A stretch of 64,000 nucleotides of DNA, from the NCBI GenBank assembly GCA_020622105.1, contig JAHRYP010000002.1, forward strand, positions 14,176-78,175, in the 5' to 3' direction. Position 1 is the stretch's first letter, and every line of letters starts with the position of its first letter. The stretch comes from Methylotenera sp. (GTDB taxonomy: Bacteria; Pseudomonadota; Gammaproteobacteria; Burkholderiales; Methylophilaceae). Positions 37,359 to 48,661 of this stretch are shown piece after piece. The position numbers and the translations under genes are program-made. The notes beneath the pieces were generated by a model that worked only from the letters and a program-made list of their open reading frames with translations, made no database searches and was not told the origin of the DNA.

Positions 37359-38291
37359 ATGAGATGCCGTATCTTTTTTAGTTCTATTGGATGTGCCTAT
37401 ATTTTTGCATTAGAAGCAGGTATTGCTTTTGCAGATGCAACCTTCGACTCGCAAGAAAAGCTGGAGCCGCCCAAAATCCAAGCAATATTGATGGCTGCAA
37501 AAAACCATGAAAAAAACCTGAATAACCCTGATGCAGCTTGGCAGGTAGCAGTTAATTATTGTGAAGCATCAAGGCTAGGCAGTATAGAGGCGCAATATCG
37601 CCTGGGCATGCTTTACAGGTTTGGCAAAGGTGTGCCGATAAATCAGGCATTTTCTGGAGCACTTTTTTCACTGGCAAGTAGTCAAGGCCACAGTGATGCA
37701 ACAAAAATGCTGGATACCATTAATCTATCATCATCAGAGTTGCCGCCTTGTGTTATTAGCGAAACCTTTCCTGAACGTCCCGTTGCAATAGAAAATCCAA
37801 TAGCGAGCAATACCATTGATATCGAGCGCCGTATCGCTGCATTATCTAATGCTAAAAGATGGATTGTAGAACTGGTTGATACGATTGCGGAGCGTCATCA
37901 AATTGACCCGAAACTGGTATTGGCAATTATTGCGGTTGAATCCAACTTTAACGTCAGAGCGCAATCGCCTAAAGATGCGATGGGATTAATGCAGCTGATA
38001 CCAGATACTGCAGATCGATTTAATATCAAGAATGCTTTCGATGCCTCACAAAATATAAAGGGTGGCGTGAGATATTTACGCTGGTTATTGTCTTATTACC
38101 ATGGCGACATCAGATTAGTTGCCGCTGCCTATAATGCTGGAGAAAGGGCTGTAGACCGTTACAAAGGTATACCACCCTACCCTGAAACCAGAAACTATGT
38201 GAAGCGCGTATTAGAGCTATATCAGCATCAATCACACCCATATGATGAAAAAATCACAGCACCGTCGCCAATAATGGTGCGGCCTGGTTAG
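37359..38291 (+). CDS. Lytic transglycosylase (SLT domain) with Sel1-like repeats
   Basis: AQYRLGMLYRFGKGV Sel1 repeat; AVESNF, AMGLMQLIP, AAYNAGE and ETRNYV SLT motifs. Start placed 9 nt after AAGGAG (37344-49). Confidence 0.92.
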   Translation: MRCRIFFSSIGCAYIFALEAGIAFADATFDSQEKLEPPKIQAILMAAKNHEKNLNNPDAAWQVAVNYCEASRLGSIEAQYRLGMLYRFGKGVPINQAFSGALFSLASSQGHSDATKMLDTINLSSSELPPCVISETFPERPVAIENPIASNTIDIERRIAALSNAKRWIVELVDTIAERHQIDPKLVLAIIAVESNFNVRAQSPKDAMGLMQLIPDTADRFNIKNAFDASQNIKGGVRYLRWLLSYYHGDIRLVAAAYNAGERAVDRYKGIPPYPETRNYVKRVLELYQHQSHPYDEKITAPSPIMVRPG

Positions 38292-38327
38292 TTTACGTTT
38301 ATAAAACGATCGTTTTTTAGAATATAG

Positions 38328-38366
38328 CTGCCTTGCACATTTATTTAGGCCACATGTGCAAGGCAG
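38328..38366. terminator. Probable bidirectional terminator
   Basis: ctgccttgcacat/atgtgcaaggcag 13-bp perfect stem between convergent genes. Confidence 0.7.
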
Positions 38367-38394
38367 TATTTGTTTTTAACAACTTAACTTAAAT

Positions 38395-39832
38395 CTAGCG
38401 CTCCCGCATCGCATCATATCTAGCCTTAATAATAGGCTTGAGCAGGTAGTTCAAGATCGTTTTCTTCCCTGTCCGTATGTGCACAGTCGCCACCATACCC
38501 GGCATAATAGGTAATGCCTTTTTACTGGCGCTGAACGCAGTGGATTTTGTTCGAACACGGACGATGTAAAAACTCTCTGTCTTATCGCCCTTCTCGGTTG
38601 TAATGGTATCAGCGGTGATATTCTCTACAAGCGCATCAAGACCACCATAAATTGAGAAATCATAGGCAGTCACTTTAACTGTAGCTTCCTGTCCTGGTCT
38701 TAAAAAACCTACATCTGACGGACGAATCTTGGTCTCTACCAGCAAATTATCCTCCAAAGGCACAATTTCCATAACTTCCATGCCCGGCTGAATCACGCCA
38801 CCAACTGTTGTGACTTTGAGCTGCTTGATAATTCCGGAGACAGGAGACCTTACCGCAGTTCGAGCAAGACGGTCTTCTGCAGCTAAACTGACAGCACTGG
38901 TGCCTGCCAGCTCAGCTCTTGCCAAATTAAGATCAGCAGCAGCATCAGAACGAAACTTTGCCATAGAAGCCGTTATTTTAGAGCGCGCTTCAGCAGCAGC
39001 CTGCTCCAGACGCGGTATTGCCAAACGCGCTGCATCCATCTGCCCTTTTACATCGCTTAATTGGCGTTCCAGGCGTAAAATTTCTACCGCTGACATAACC
39101 CCTTGAGCGGCCATAGGCTTGCTGATTTTAAGTTCCTGGCTAACCAAATCCTGGCTTTCCTGCAGTTGCTGGTAATTTGCTTTCTTTTCACTCAATTCTT
39201 GAGCGCGCTGTTCAGCCTGCTGGCGAAGCACCATCATTGCAGTGCTCAGCTCCTGCTGACGCGTTTCCATGAGAGTACGTTCTTCGTTGACCAGTTGTGG
39301 ATTGGTTTTCATAAGCTCATCCGGAGCCTTAAACGGCATGCCGGTTGCTTCTGCCTCCAGTCGTGCCACCTTAGCCAGCAAGGAATCCCGCTTAGCCTGC
39401 GTCTCACTCATGGATGAAGAAAATCGCGTAGGGTCAAGCTTCATAATGATCTGCCCTTTGCTGACAAGATCACCCACTTTGACTGGAATATCAGCAACAA
39501 TACCACCTTCAAGGTTCTGAATAATCTGCACCTGACTGGAAGGAATGACCTTGCCTTCACCTACTGTAATTTCATCGATCTCGGCAAAATAAGCCCAGAT
39601 AAAGAAAATAATAATGAAAGCAAAAACACCGCGAATAATCATTGAGCCAAAACGCGGTGCAGACTCAAACAGTGCCGCATTGCTATCCGATAGCAATTCA
39701 ATGTCACTACTGCTTACTTCTTGTGGCTGGATTGAAAACAGACGAAAAATTCTGGAAATAAGCGATGTAGCGCCTTGCTTACCAGCACTTTTTTATTAGT
39801 AAATTGCTGCTTGGATCAGTTTTTTGCGACAT
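38395..39832 (-). CDS. lapC: HlyD-family T1SS membrane-fusion protein (LapC-like); 5' end out of frame at an A6 tract
   Basis: GEGKVIPSSQVQIIQNLEGG, RSPVSG, TVGGVIQPG and PGM.ATV.I.TG motifs. The ATG at 39832 overlaps the lapB end but joins the main frame only if one A of the run at 39789-39794 is removed. The longest intact ORF starts at TTG 39696. Confidence 0.88.
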
Positions 39833-42005
39833 TTAAACCTCCACCTGCTAATGCTTTTAAAATCTGATCTTTCGGCCCATCTGCAACAATACGTCCGTTA
39901 TCAATCACAATCAGTCTATTCACCAGAGAAAGCATCGAAGAACGATGCGTGATAAGGATCAGTGTTTTGCCCTGTGTATGCTGATCCAGCTTACCTTTCA
40001 GGTTATCCTCGCTGCGGTTATCAAGTGAGTTACTTGGATCATCCAGCATTAAAATCGGCGGATCTAGGAGCAAGCCACGCGCAATGGCGACAGACTGTTT
40101 TTGTCCGCTGGACAAGCCAACGCCACGCTCGCCAATTGGCATATCAAAGCCTTGCGGATGACGGTTGATAAACTCAGAAGCACATGAAATATTTGCAGCA
40201 CGTATCACCGCCAGATCATCAACATAAGGCGCACCTAGCACGATATTGTCGCGCACGGTTCCAAAAAAAAGCAAGGGCTCATCCGGTACGTATCCAATAT
40301 TTTTGCGTAATTCAGCTGGATCAATTTGCCGGATATCCACACCATCAACCCATATAGAGCCTTCTGTCGGCTGATATAACCCTAAGATGAGCTTTTCAAT
40401 CGTAGTTTTGCCTGATCCTATACGACCAATGACCCCAAGACGGTCACCAGGTTTAATATGAAAAGAAACATTCTGCAACGCTGCAACCTGTTGCCCAGGA
40501 TAGTTGAAACTGACATTTTTAAATTCAATTTCACCCTTCAGATTCTGGCGATTTACAAAACTTTTTCCTGGTTCACGTTCTACAGGGAGCGCCATCATGC
40601 GATTAATGCCATCGAGTGCAGCGCGTGCATGGTGAAAGCGAGTTAACAGCGAGGCAATTTGTGATAGCGGTGCCAGCGCACGACCGGATAGCAGTGTGCA
40701 GGCTACCAATGCACCCATCGTCATTTCTTTTTCTGCGATCAGATATACCCCTACAACAATTACACCAACCGTAGCCATTGCCTGAAAAAAGGTAGCGGAA
40801 TTGATCGCTAATAATGAAAGTACTCTCGCTTTCAAACTCAGCTTGCCAAGGTGACCGATCTGCTGTTCCCAACGACGCTGCATTGGCCCTTCAGCACCAA
40901 TTGCCTTGATGGTTTCCAGCCCGGTAAGTGTTTCAATCAATGTGGCCTGACGCTGTGAAGATGTGCGGAATGTCTCGCCTATCACTGCTGCGAGAGATTT
41001 TTGCACCATAAAAGACATCATCAGAATTAATGGCGCTGCCACTAATACCGGAATAACAGCCACACCACCAAGCCACCAGATAATGAACAAAAATATCACC
41101 AGAAATGGTAAATCAACAAGGGTGGTAATGGTTGCAGAGGTGATGAACTCTCGAAAAGACTCAAACTCCTGAACGCTGCTGGCAATCGCACCAACAGACT
41201 GTGGACGTGCCTCCATTCGGATAGCTTGAATTCTCTCAAAAATATTTGCGGATAAAATAATGTCTATTTTTTTTCCCGCAACATCAATGAAATAGCCTCT
41301 TAATGTACGCATGATAAAGTCAAATATATAAATGACAGCGACACCAATCACCAGAACCCACAAAGTTTCAAACGTATTATTAGGAACAACACGATCGTAA
41401 ACATTCATCGTGAACAGGGGGATAGCCAATGCAAAAAGATTGACTAGAAATGATGCTGCAAGTACTTCGCCATAAATCGGCCACGCAAGTTTAACGGTAT
41501 CCCAGAACCAATTCGTGGGGCGCGGAATAAAACTGATATCAGAACGGCTATCAAACTGAAAAGCTGGTTTCACATAGATCGCAAAGCCGGTATAGAGTGC
41601 ATCAATCTCGTCAAGTGACACCTCTGTGTCCGCAGCTCCAGCTTCTGGACTTAACAGGCGAACTTTACCATTCTGAGCGTTACGCAGCAGAATGGTTGCG
41701 CCACCATCTTTTAAAAGCAATACAACAGGTAAAGTAATATCGGCGATTTTCTCTAGCGGACGTTTAACAACACGTGCACTCAAACCAGCACGCGCTGCTG
41801 CCCGCGGGAAAAGCTCGGGGGTAAGCCTAGATGATTCAAGCGGCAGCCCTGCGATTAAAGTTTGTGCCGAAAATGGGCGATGCTGAATTCTCGTCAGCAA
41901 TACTAAACAATTAGTCAGTGGGTCATCAGGAAGCAATGCATCTTTTGGTATATTCCAAACATCTTTTTTTATTGCACTGTCTTTTATTGGACTATCGGCC
42001 ATCAT
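39816..42005 (-). CDS. lapB: T1SS permease/ATPase (LapB-like)
   Basis: C39-like N-domain, MNVYDRVVPN, GRIGSGKTT, LSSGQKQ. Start placed at ATG 42005 behind AAGGA. Confidence 0.93.
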   Translation of the reverse strand: MMADSPIKDSAIKKDVWNIPKDALLPDDPLTNCLVLLTRIQHRPFSAQTLIAGLPLESSRLTPELFPRAAARAGLSARVVKRPLEKIADITLPVVLLLKDGGATILLRNAQNGKVRLLSPEAGAADTEVSLDEIDALYTGFAIYVKPAFQFDSRSDISFIPRPTNWFWDTVKLAWPIYGEVLAASFLVNLFALAIPLFTMNVYDRVVPNNTFETLWVLVIGVAVIYIFDFIMRTLRGYFIDVAGKKIDIILSANIFERIQAIRMEARPQSVGAIASSVQEFESFREFITSATITTLVDLPFLVIFLFIIWWLGGVAVIPVLVAAPLILMMSFMVQKSLAAVIGETFRTSSQRQATLIETLTGLETIKAIGAEGPMQRRWEQQIGHLGKLSLKARVLSLLAINSATFFQAMATVGVIVVGVYLIAEKEMTMGALVACTLLSGRALAPLSQIASLLTRFHHARAALDGINRMMALPVEREPGKSFVNRQNLKGEIEFKNVSFNYPGQQVAALQNVSFHIKPGDRLGVIGRIGSGKTTIEKLILGLYQPTEGSIWVDGVDIRQIDPAELRKNIGYVPDEPLLFFGTVRDNIVLGAPYVDDLAVIRAANISCASEFINRHPQGFDMPIGERGVGLSSGQKQSVAIARGLLLDPPILMLDDPSNSLDNRSEDNLKGKLDQHTQGKTLILITHRSSMLSLVNRLIVIDNGRIVADGPKDQILKALAGGGLNVAKN

Positions 42006-42065
42006 GTTCCTTAGCAAAGTCAATTATTGAGCAAATTATTGTTTTAAATTACATACGGAAAAATC

Positions 42066-42413
42066 TTATAGAATCCCGTTATCTGACACGACAATGTCAT
42101 TAGTGCCGGCTAATCGGCCTCGTGCATCAAGGCGATTGACAATTTTTTCACGCACTTTTGATGGGAGATCAGTAAAAGTGATCACATTTTTATTGATCAA
42201 AATATCAACCAGATCTTCAATAACACGGATAAAATCAATATCGGACTGCGTTAAATCCATCAACGCATTATTTGTAAGATTTTGAGGAAGTGCACCGCCG
42301 AAAAAACGAAGAATATCAGGATGGTCGTTAGGCAAAAACTCTGTTACGTTTGATTGCGATTTTAAAAAAATCCCCGTGATCAAACCTGATGCATCCCTGC
42401 TTACATAAGGCAT
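42066..42413 (-). CDS. Conserved small hypothetical protein of lap/T1SS loci
   Basis: MPYVSRD...EFL...HP and SD.DFIRVIEDLVDILI.KNVI.FTDLP pattern, which I recognise from lap neighbourhoods; directly upstream of lapB. Confidence 0.75.
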   Translation of the reverse strand: MPYVSRDASGLITGIFLKSQSNVTEFLPNDHPDILRFFGGALPQNLTNNALMDLTQSDIDFIRVIEDLVDILINKNVITFTDLPSKVREKIVNRLDARGRLAGTNDIVVSDNGIL

Positions 42414-42570
42414 AACAATACCTTTCTATTAATTATTGCATTTGATAATAACATGGAAAATAATGCGCTCATGTACCACCTGATTGGCGGTTAGCCATAT
42501 TAACAATTATTTACAATCATCCGCTGTTAGCATAGCTATTATTGGACAAAGTTTAAATAAAGGCGTAGTA

Positions 42571-43245
42571 ATGAATTTTCTAGTGAGCAAAAATCCAGTT
42601 TTGATCAACTTATATTGGAATATATTGCTAGAAAACGGTGAATCATTATTGCTATCTGATTTATCAGACCTGTTATGGAGAGCAAAAACTTCTGATAAAG
42701 GATTAGTACTCATAGACACAGAGGCTGATGGCTTTGCAGGCATGCAGAACATTAGCGATTTAAAACGTATCAATCAAAATCTGAAAGTCCTGGTGATGGC
42801 AGCTGACCTCACCACCGAGGATGAACTGTCAGCACTTGCTGCTGGTGCTTCCGGTAGCTGTAAATCAAGTTTATTACCCGACAAGATCCGCCAGATTTTT
42901 ACTACTGTACAAGATGGCGGCGTTTGGATTTCAAGTGCTGGGCTACCGCATTTATTGCAACGTTTAAAACGCTTGGAAGAACTGACTAAAAAGAACTCTC
43001 AAAAAAATGAAACTGGCCAGCAACAAGAAAAAATATCATGCTTAACCCCGCGTGAACGCGAAATCGTAGAATTGGTCGCGAATGGCGATTGTAATAAAAT
43101 TATTGCGAGCAAACTCAATATTGCGGACCGTACTGTAAAAGCACATCTGTCGGTGATTTTCCAAAAATTAAAGGTGAATGACCGCTTGCAACTAGCATTG
43201 CTGGCAAACAAAACTTTCAACAGAGAAAAACACCTGAGCTTATAA
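42571..43245 (+). CDS. LuxR/NarL-family response regulator with atypical receiver domain
   Basis: LTPREREIVELVANG..NK.IA..LNI..RTVKAHLS.IFQKL HTH. Start placed at ATG 42571. Confidence 0.9.
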   Translation: MNFLVSKNPVLINLYWNILLENGESLLLSDLSDLLWRAKTSDKGLVLIDTEADGFAGMQNISDLKRINQNLKVLVMAADLTTEDELSALAAGASGSCKSSLLPDKIRQIFTTVQDGGVWISSAGLPHLLQRLKRLEELTKKNSQKNETGQQQEKISCLTPREREIVELVANGDCNKIIASKLNIADRTVKAHLSVIFQKLKVNDRLQLALLANKTFNREKHLSL

Positions 43246-43316
43246 TAATTTGCCAAGGTAATTAGCATGCCATTTCCAGCGGTTCCAGCCTGGATATGAT
43301 TCCATACTTATTACAA

Positions 43317-43892
43317 TTATGCTGCGCTATGACTATTGATGGCGCAAATACGTTGTGTAACCGCAGGAACAGGATCATCAACCTTACCCTGCTCGAATGC
43401 GTATATTTTCAACAAAGGTGTATAAACCAATTTCAGCTCATCAGGCTGCAATAAATAATCCGGATTACTCGGCCTGCCATAATCTTCATTCCCCAACATA
43501 AATGTTTCATAAATCAACACGCCGTCAGGTTTCAGCATTGCGGCAAGCGTGCTTAATAGCGGTCTGAATAAATACCGGCTAACGACAATACCATCGTAAA
43601 TGCCGTTATAAACTCCACCGTATCGCGGATCTGCTGCAGGCCAATTTCCCGTCTCAATATCCGAGATGCTGACGTCAACATTTTGTATGCCTTGCATACC
43701 AGCCAAAGCTTCTGCATCACGATCAACCGCATCAACCCGATAGCCTTGCCCGGCAAGCCAGACGGCATGACGGCCACTGCCGCAAGCAAGGTCAAGTATC
43801 CTGCCCCCTCTACGGATTAGTGTTGCATGCTCAACTACCCATTTAGATGGGGCTCCAATCAAATCAAATACTCCAAATATAAAGCACCTCAC
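43317..43892 (-). CDS. Class I SAM-dependent methyltransferase (TehB-like)
   Basis: ILDLACGSGRHA, YDGIVVSRYL and GVLIYETF motifs. Confidence 0.85.
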   Translation of the reverse strand: MRCFIFGVFDLIGAPSKWVVEHATLIRRGGRILDLACGSGRHAVWLAGQGYRVDAVDRDAEALAGMQGIQNVDVSISDIETGNWPAADPRYGGVYNGIYDGIVVSRYLFRPLLSTLAAMLKPDGVLIYETFMLGNEDYGRPSNPDYLLQPDELKLVYTPLLKIYAFEQGKVDDPVPAVTQRICAINSHSAA

Positions 43893-43980
43893 CTAAAGCA
43901 GCGAGGTACTAACTACGCTCCCCGATTCACTACTTTTTAATCAGTTTCGCCTTAGTCGGCGGGAATGGAATCCGCAGAGA

Positions 43981-46266
43981 TTAAAATAGGCTAGGCTGTT
44001 TTTTGACTATGGGTTTGCTATCCTGCACCGAATGGCCTTTTCTGGCGCGTTTCTGCAAATATTTAGTTAAAGCTTCACCTTCAATCACTTTGGGTTTTCC
44101 TTTTACCCAGATATTAGCTGCGACGCCATCACTCAGTTCAACACGAGATAATGACGCTTTATCCGGAATATCCATCATTCGCACACCTTTACCGCCATTC
44201 GGATATTCATTCACTTCACTGATTGGGAATACCAAGAGCTTATTCTCGGACGAAGTAACCGCAACATGCGTCCTTGCATCCAGCTTAATTGGCGGCAGGA
44301 TAGTCGCGTTATCTTCCGGCTTCATGAAAGCTTTGCCTGCTTTGGGTCTCGCCACAAGGCCTTTCAACGGTGCAACGAAGCCATAGCTGTTTGATGTGGT
44401 GAACAAATATCTGTCATCGTCCTTACCGGAAAGCGCATGGGCTAATTTAGCGCCGTTCTGCACCTCAATAATCGAGCTGACAGGGATACCGTCGCCTTTG
44501 CCGCCGGGTACTGTAGATGCATCAAATGCGTAGCAGCGGCCATTTGTATCCAGTAATACAATCGGCAGCACCGTGCGCGTTTCAATGACTGCAAATTCAC
44601 TGTCACCCGCTTTCCAGGTAATGGCGTCACGCTCAATACCATGGCCTTGTCTGGCCCTTACCCAGCCATTTTTTGATAGCAGAATGGTCACCGGCTCATC
44701 TACCACAAAGGCTTTCTGGCCGCCCTGTGCACGCTCAACTGGCTCAATTAAAGTACGACGATCATCGCCATATTTTTCTGAATCCTGCTTGATTTCTTTT
44801 GCGGTCAGCCTGCGTAATTTCGTATCGCTGCCCAAAATAGTTTGTAAGCCATCCGCCTCTTCGCGCAGGTCTTTGAGTTCTTTTTCAATCTTAAAGCCTT
44901 CAAGGCGCGCCAGCTGACGCAAGCGGATTTCCAGAATATCTTCCGCCTGTATTTCAGTCAGCTGAAAAGCGGCAATCAAATCAGTTTTCGGTTCATCTGA
45001 ATTACGGATGACCTTAATCACCTCATCAATATGCAGAAAGGCAATCATGCGCCCTTCCAGAATATGGATACGTTTATTAATCTTGTCTAGATCAAACTGG
45101 CAGCGTCTGCGCACAACATTGAGTCGGAATGCTATCCACTCTTTAAGAATCGTTACCATGCCTTTTTGTGCGGGCAGACCATCGGTACCGATCATCACCA
45201 TATTCACTGGGCACGACACTTCCAGACTGGTATGCAACAGCAGGAATGCCATCAGCTCATCGCTGGAAACCTTGCTGGTCTTAGGTTCGATGATCAGGCG
45301 CACATCTTTTTTGCCTTCACTTTTGACTGTATCAATCATGCTCAGCGCAGATTGTTTGATCAGCAACTGATCCTGATCGATAGTCTTTTTATCTTTTTTC
45401 GGTTTGGGGTTGGAGATGGCGAGGATTTCATCCTGTATCGTTTCTACAGAAACCCCATGCGGCAATTCATTGATGATGATGCGCCACTGACCGCGCGCCA
45501 TCGGCTCAACTATCCATCGCGCGCGCAGCCTTAATGAACCGCGACCGGTTTCATAAGTAGAAAGAATATCCGCAGTTTGAGTAATCAGTTGGCCGCCTCC
45601 AGGGAAATCCGGCCCCGGCACATGCTGCATAAACTCAGCCGTGGTGCAATGTGGGTTATCCATGATGTGCAGCACTGCATTTGCGATTTCACGCATATTA
45701 TGCGGCACCATTTCCGTCGCCATACCGACGGCAATACCGGAAGCGCCGTTCAATAGCATCATCGGCAGACGTGCCGGTAACAGCACTGGTTCTTGGAATG
45801 CGCCATCGTAGTTACTCTGAAAATCGACAGTGCCACGATCAATTTCAGACAGCAGCAAATCTGCAATCGGAGATAAACGCATCTCGGTATAGCGCATGGC
45901 AGCAGCGCCGTCACCGTCACGCGAGCCGAAGTTGCCCTGGCCATCAATCAGAGGATAGCGCAAGGTAAAGTCCTGTGCCAAACGCACGGCAGCTTCATAA
46001 GCAGAACTGTCGCCATGCGGATGATACATACCCAATACGTTACCGACCACACGCGCTGATTTCACCGGTTTGACGCCTGATACCAGCCCCATTTCTTTCA
46101 TTGCGTACAAAATACGGCGCTGTACCGGCTTCTGACCGTCTTCTACTGAGGGAAGCGCACGTCCTTTTACTACAGATACGGCATAGGCCAAGTAGGCTTC
46201 TTCCGCATATTCCCCAATCGGCACTGCATTTTCTTCGTTATTATTATCTTGCATACTGATATCCAT
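43981..46266 (-). CDS. parC: DNA topoisomerase IV subunit A
   Basis: [41 protein letters not shown]; no GyrA-box seen; ATG overlaps the parE stop (TAATG). Confidence 0.92.
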   Translation of the reverse strand: MDISMQDNNNEENAVPIGEYAEEAYLAYAVSVVKGRALPSVEDGQKPVQRRILYAMKEMGLVSGVKPVKSARVVGNVLGMYHPHGDSSAYEAAVRLAQDFTLRYPLIDGQGNFGSRDGDGAAAMRYTEMRLSPIADLLLSEIDRGTVDFQSNYDGAFQEPVLLPARLPMMLLNGASGIAVGMATEMVPHNMREIANAVLHIMDNPHCTTAEFMQHVPGPDFPGGGQLITQTADILSTYETGRGSLRLRARWIVEPMARGQWRIIINELPHGVSVETIQDEILAISNPKPKKDKKTIDQDQLLIKQSALSMIDTVKSEGKKDVRLIIEPKTSKVSSDELMAFLLLHTSLEVSCPVNMVMIGTDGLPAQKGMVTILKEWIAFRLNVVRRRCQFDLDKINKRIHILEGRMIAFLHIDEVIKVIRNSDEPKTDLIAAFQLTEIQAEDILEIRLRQLARLEGFKIEKELKDLREEADGLQTILGSDTKLRRLTAKEIKQDSEKYGDDRRTLIEPVERAQGGQKAFVVDEPVTILLSKNGWVRARQGHGIERDAITWKAGDSEFAVIETRTVLPIVLLDTNGRCYAFDASTVPGGKGDGIPVSSIIEVQNGAKLAHALSGKDDDRYLFTTSNSYGFVAPLKGLVARPKAGKAFMKPEDNATILPPIKLDARTHVAVTSSENKLLVFPISEVNEYPNGGKGVRMMDIPDKASLSRVELSDGVAANIWVKGKPKVIEGEALTKYLQKRARKGHSVQDSKPIVKKQPSLF

Positions 46267-48251
46267 TAAACATCTGCCTCCACATCATTACCGCGACGCT
46301 CCATCCATTCTTTTCTGGCCGCTGACTCATTCTTTGCCATGAGCATATCAAACATTTTAAGCGCACCTTCTACTTCACCTTCGGGCAGACGGACCTGCAC
46401 CAAGCGGCGCGTATCCGGGCATAACGTGGTTTCCCATAGCTGCTCCGGGTTCATTTCACCAAGACCTTTAAAACGCTGGATGCCCAAGCGCTCTTCTGCA
46501 ATGCCTTCGCGTTTAAGCTTTTCTATCGTGGATATTTTCTCGGCGTCATCTGACACATAGATTTTACGCAAAGGCTTGTTCTTGCCATGTGCAGGCACAT
46601 CAATGCGGTACAGCGGCGGCTGCGAGATATACACATGGCCACGCTCGATGAGTTTAGGCGCGTGCCTTAACAGCATGGTCAGCAGCAACACCTGAATGTG
46701 CGAACCATCGACGTCAGCATCCGACAATATGCATAGCTTGCCGTAGCGCAGGCCTGAAAAATCAGGGTTGTCTTTGAGCGTATGCGGCTCAATACCGAGC
46801 GCTACGAAAATATCATGCACTTCAGAATTGGCAAATATGCGCCCTGCATCAACCTCCCAGGTATTTAACACCTTACCGCGCAGCGGCAATAAAGACTGGA
46901 ATTCATTATTACGCCCCATCTTTGCGCTGCCACCAGCAGAGTCACCTTCTACCAGAAACAGTTCTGCCTCCATCGTGCCAGCCGCTTCACAGTCAGTGAG
47001 TTTGGCCGGCATGAGATTAATACCGCTGGACTTACGCTTTTCAATTTTCTGCGTGGATTTATTACGGGCAGCTGCAGAACGATTCACGAGGTCAGAAATA
47101 CGCTTTGCATGCTCCACATTCTGCGTCAGCCAGTTTTCCATGAGCGGCTTCACTGCGGTAGCTACCATCTTCATCGCATCACGGTTGGTGAGCTTCTCTT
47201 TGGTTTGTCCCTGAAATTGCGGATCCAATACTTTTGCTGCCAACACATAGTAGACGTTATTCCAGACATCCTCAGATGAGACTTTAATGCCGCGCTGCAT
47301 CATGCTGTGATGCTCCATGAACGACTTCACCGCCTCGAATACGCCATTACGCATACCAGCTTCATGTGTGCCGCCAGAGAGCGTAGGAATCAGGTTCACA
47401 TAGGATTCACCGCGACCGCCACCCGCACCAAACGACAATGCCCATATCGCGCCCTCGCCTTTAGAGATGCCATCGGTGTTTTCCTGATGATAAAACTCAT
47501 CCGAGATAATCGGGATGGGGACTTCATCATCAGCAATTTCACGTTCGCCGATCAGTTCATCCAGATATTGCGGCAGACCATTTTCATAGGTCCAGGTACG
47601 CTCTTCAAAACCTTCTGCACCTTCGATAGAAAGCGTGACACTGACACCGCGCAGCAACACGGCTTTGGATTTAATCAGATGTTCCAGCTGTTGAATTGAA
47701 ACCCTGGGTGAATCAAAGTATTTAGGATCAGGCCAGCATTTCACTGTGGTGCCGGTATCTTTCTTAAGACACTTTCCGGTTTCTGTTAATGGTTCAACAC
47801 AGTCGCCATTCTCAAAAGACAGGCTATAAATCTTACCGCTTCGCTTCACTTGCACATCAAGCCGCGTAGATAATGCATTGGTCACAGAAACGCCTACGCC
47901 ATGTAAACCGCCGGAGAAACGATAAGAACTGTTTTCGTCCTCTTTATCGAATTTACCGCCGGCATGGAGCTGCACGAATACGAGTTCTACCGCTGGCTGC
48001 GTTTCACCTTTAGGCACCTCTACCGGAATACCGCGACCATTATCTGAAACTTCAACCGCGCCATCTTTAAAAATGGTGACTTGAATATTGCTAGCGTGGC
48101 CGCCGAGTGCCTCGTCAGCTGCGTTATCAATGACCTCCTGCACAATATGCGTAGGTGAATCAGTACGTGTATACATCCCTGGTCTTGCACGTACAGGCTC
48201 CAAGCCTCTTAGTACTTTTACCGAGTCTGCGTCGTATTCTTTTTCTGCCAT
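46266..48251 (-). CDS. parE: DNA topoisomerase IV subunit B
   Basis: GHKL motifs [54 protein letters not shown]; lacks the GyrB insert. Confidence 0.93.
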   Translation of the reverse strand: MAEKEYDADSVKVLRGLEPVRARPGMYTRTDSPTHIVQEVIDNAADEALGGHASNIQVTIFKDGAVEVSDNGRGIPVEVPKGETQPAVELVFVQLHAGGKFDKEDENSSYRFSGGLHGVGVSVTNALSTRLDVQVKRSGKIYSLSFENGDCVEPLTETGKCLKKDTGTTVKCWPDPKYFDSPRVSIQQLEHLIKSKAVLLRGVSVTLSIEGAEGFEERTWTYENGLPQYLDELIGEREIADDEVPIPIISDEFYHQENTDGISKGEGAIWALSFGAGGGRGESYVNLIPTLSGGTHEAGMRNGVFEAVKSFMEHHSMMQRGIKVSSEDVWNNVYYVLAAKVLDPQFQGQTKEKLTNRDAMKMVATAVKPLMENWLTQNVEHAKRISDLVNRSAAARNKSTQKIEKRKSSGINLMPAKLTDCEAAGTMEAELFLVEGDSAGGSAKMGRNNEFQSLLPLRGKVLNTWEVDAGRIFANSEVHDIFVALGIEPHTLKDNPDFSGLRYGKLCILSDADVDGSHIQVLLLTMLLRHAPKLIERGHVYISQPPLYRIDVPAHGKNKPLRKIYVSDDAEKISTIEKLKREGIAEERLGIQRFKGLGEMNPEQLWETTLCPDTRRLVQVRLPEGEVEGALKMFDMLMAKNESAARKEWMERRGNDVEADV

Positions 48252-48455
48252 TACTCTAACCTTTAAGATTTATAGCTCAAGTTTAATTTACCTGCGCTTA
48301 TTTTTAAAAATTAATTAACTGTTTTGGACAATATTTTATTAAAAAATCGCTATACCCGGGATAACTGCATAGTCCTATCAACTTTATATAATCGATATAT
48401 TATTAAAAGTGAACGCTTAAGCTTATTTTTGCTGATTTCTTCAGCAGTAACTTAT

Positions 48456-48487
48456 TCCACAGTTTTTGTGGATAAAATTGTGGGGTG
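48456..48487. promoter_or_regulatory. Triple DnaA-box module 1
   Basis: Perfect TGTGGATAA at 48467-75, flanked by an opposite-facing 8/9 box (tattccaca, 48453-61) and a weak same-facing box (tgtggggtg, 48479-87). Confidence 0.75.
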
Positions 48488-48504
48488 AGTGCTGATATAG
48501 ATGC

Positions 48505-48517
48505 TAAATAGTTGATA
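48505..48517 (-). promoter_or_regulatory. IHF binding site
   Basis: Minus strand reads TATCAACTATTTA, an exact match to WATCAAN4TTR. Confidence 0.6.
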
Positions 48518-48629
48518 TATTTATGAATCTAACGATAGAAACAATTTTAGGCAGCCAAAAATATGCTTAAAATTTCTCAAATTTAGACTTTCCTAAACAC
48601 TCCAGTAGCTTAGCGCCCATATCCCCATG

Positions 48630-48661
48630 CACCCCACAGCGTTATCCACAGAAATTGTGGA
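48630..48661. promoter_or_regulatory. Triple DnaA-box module 2 (inverted copy of module 1)
   Basis: Perfect TTATCCACA at 48642-50. The 32-bp module is 27/32 identical to the reverse complement of module 1. Confidence 0.75.
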
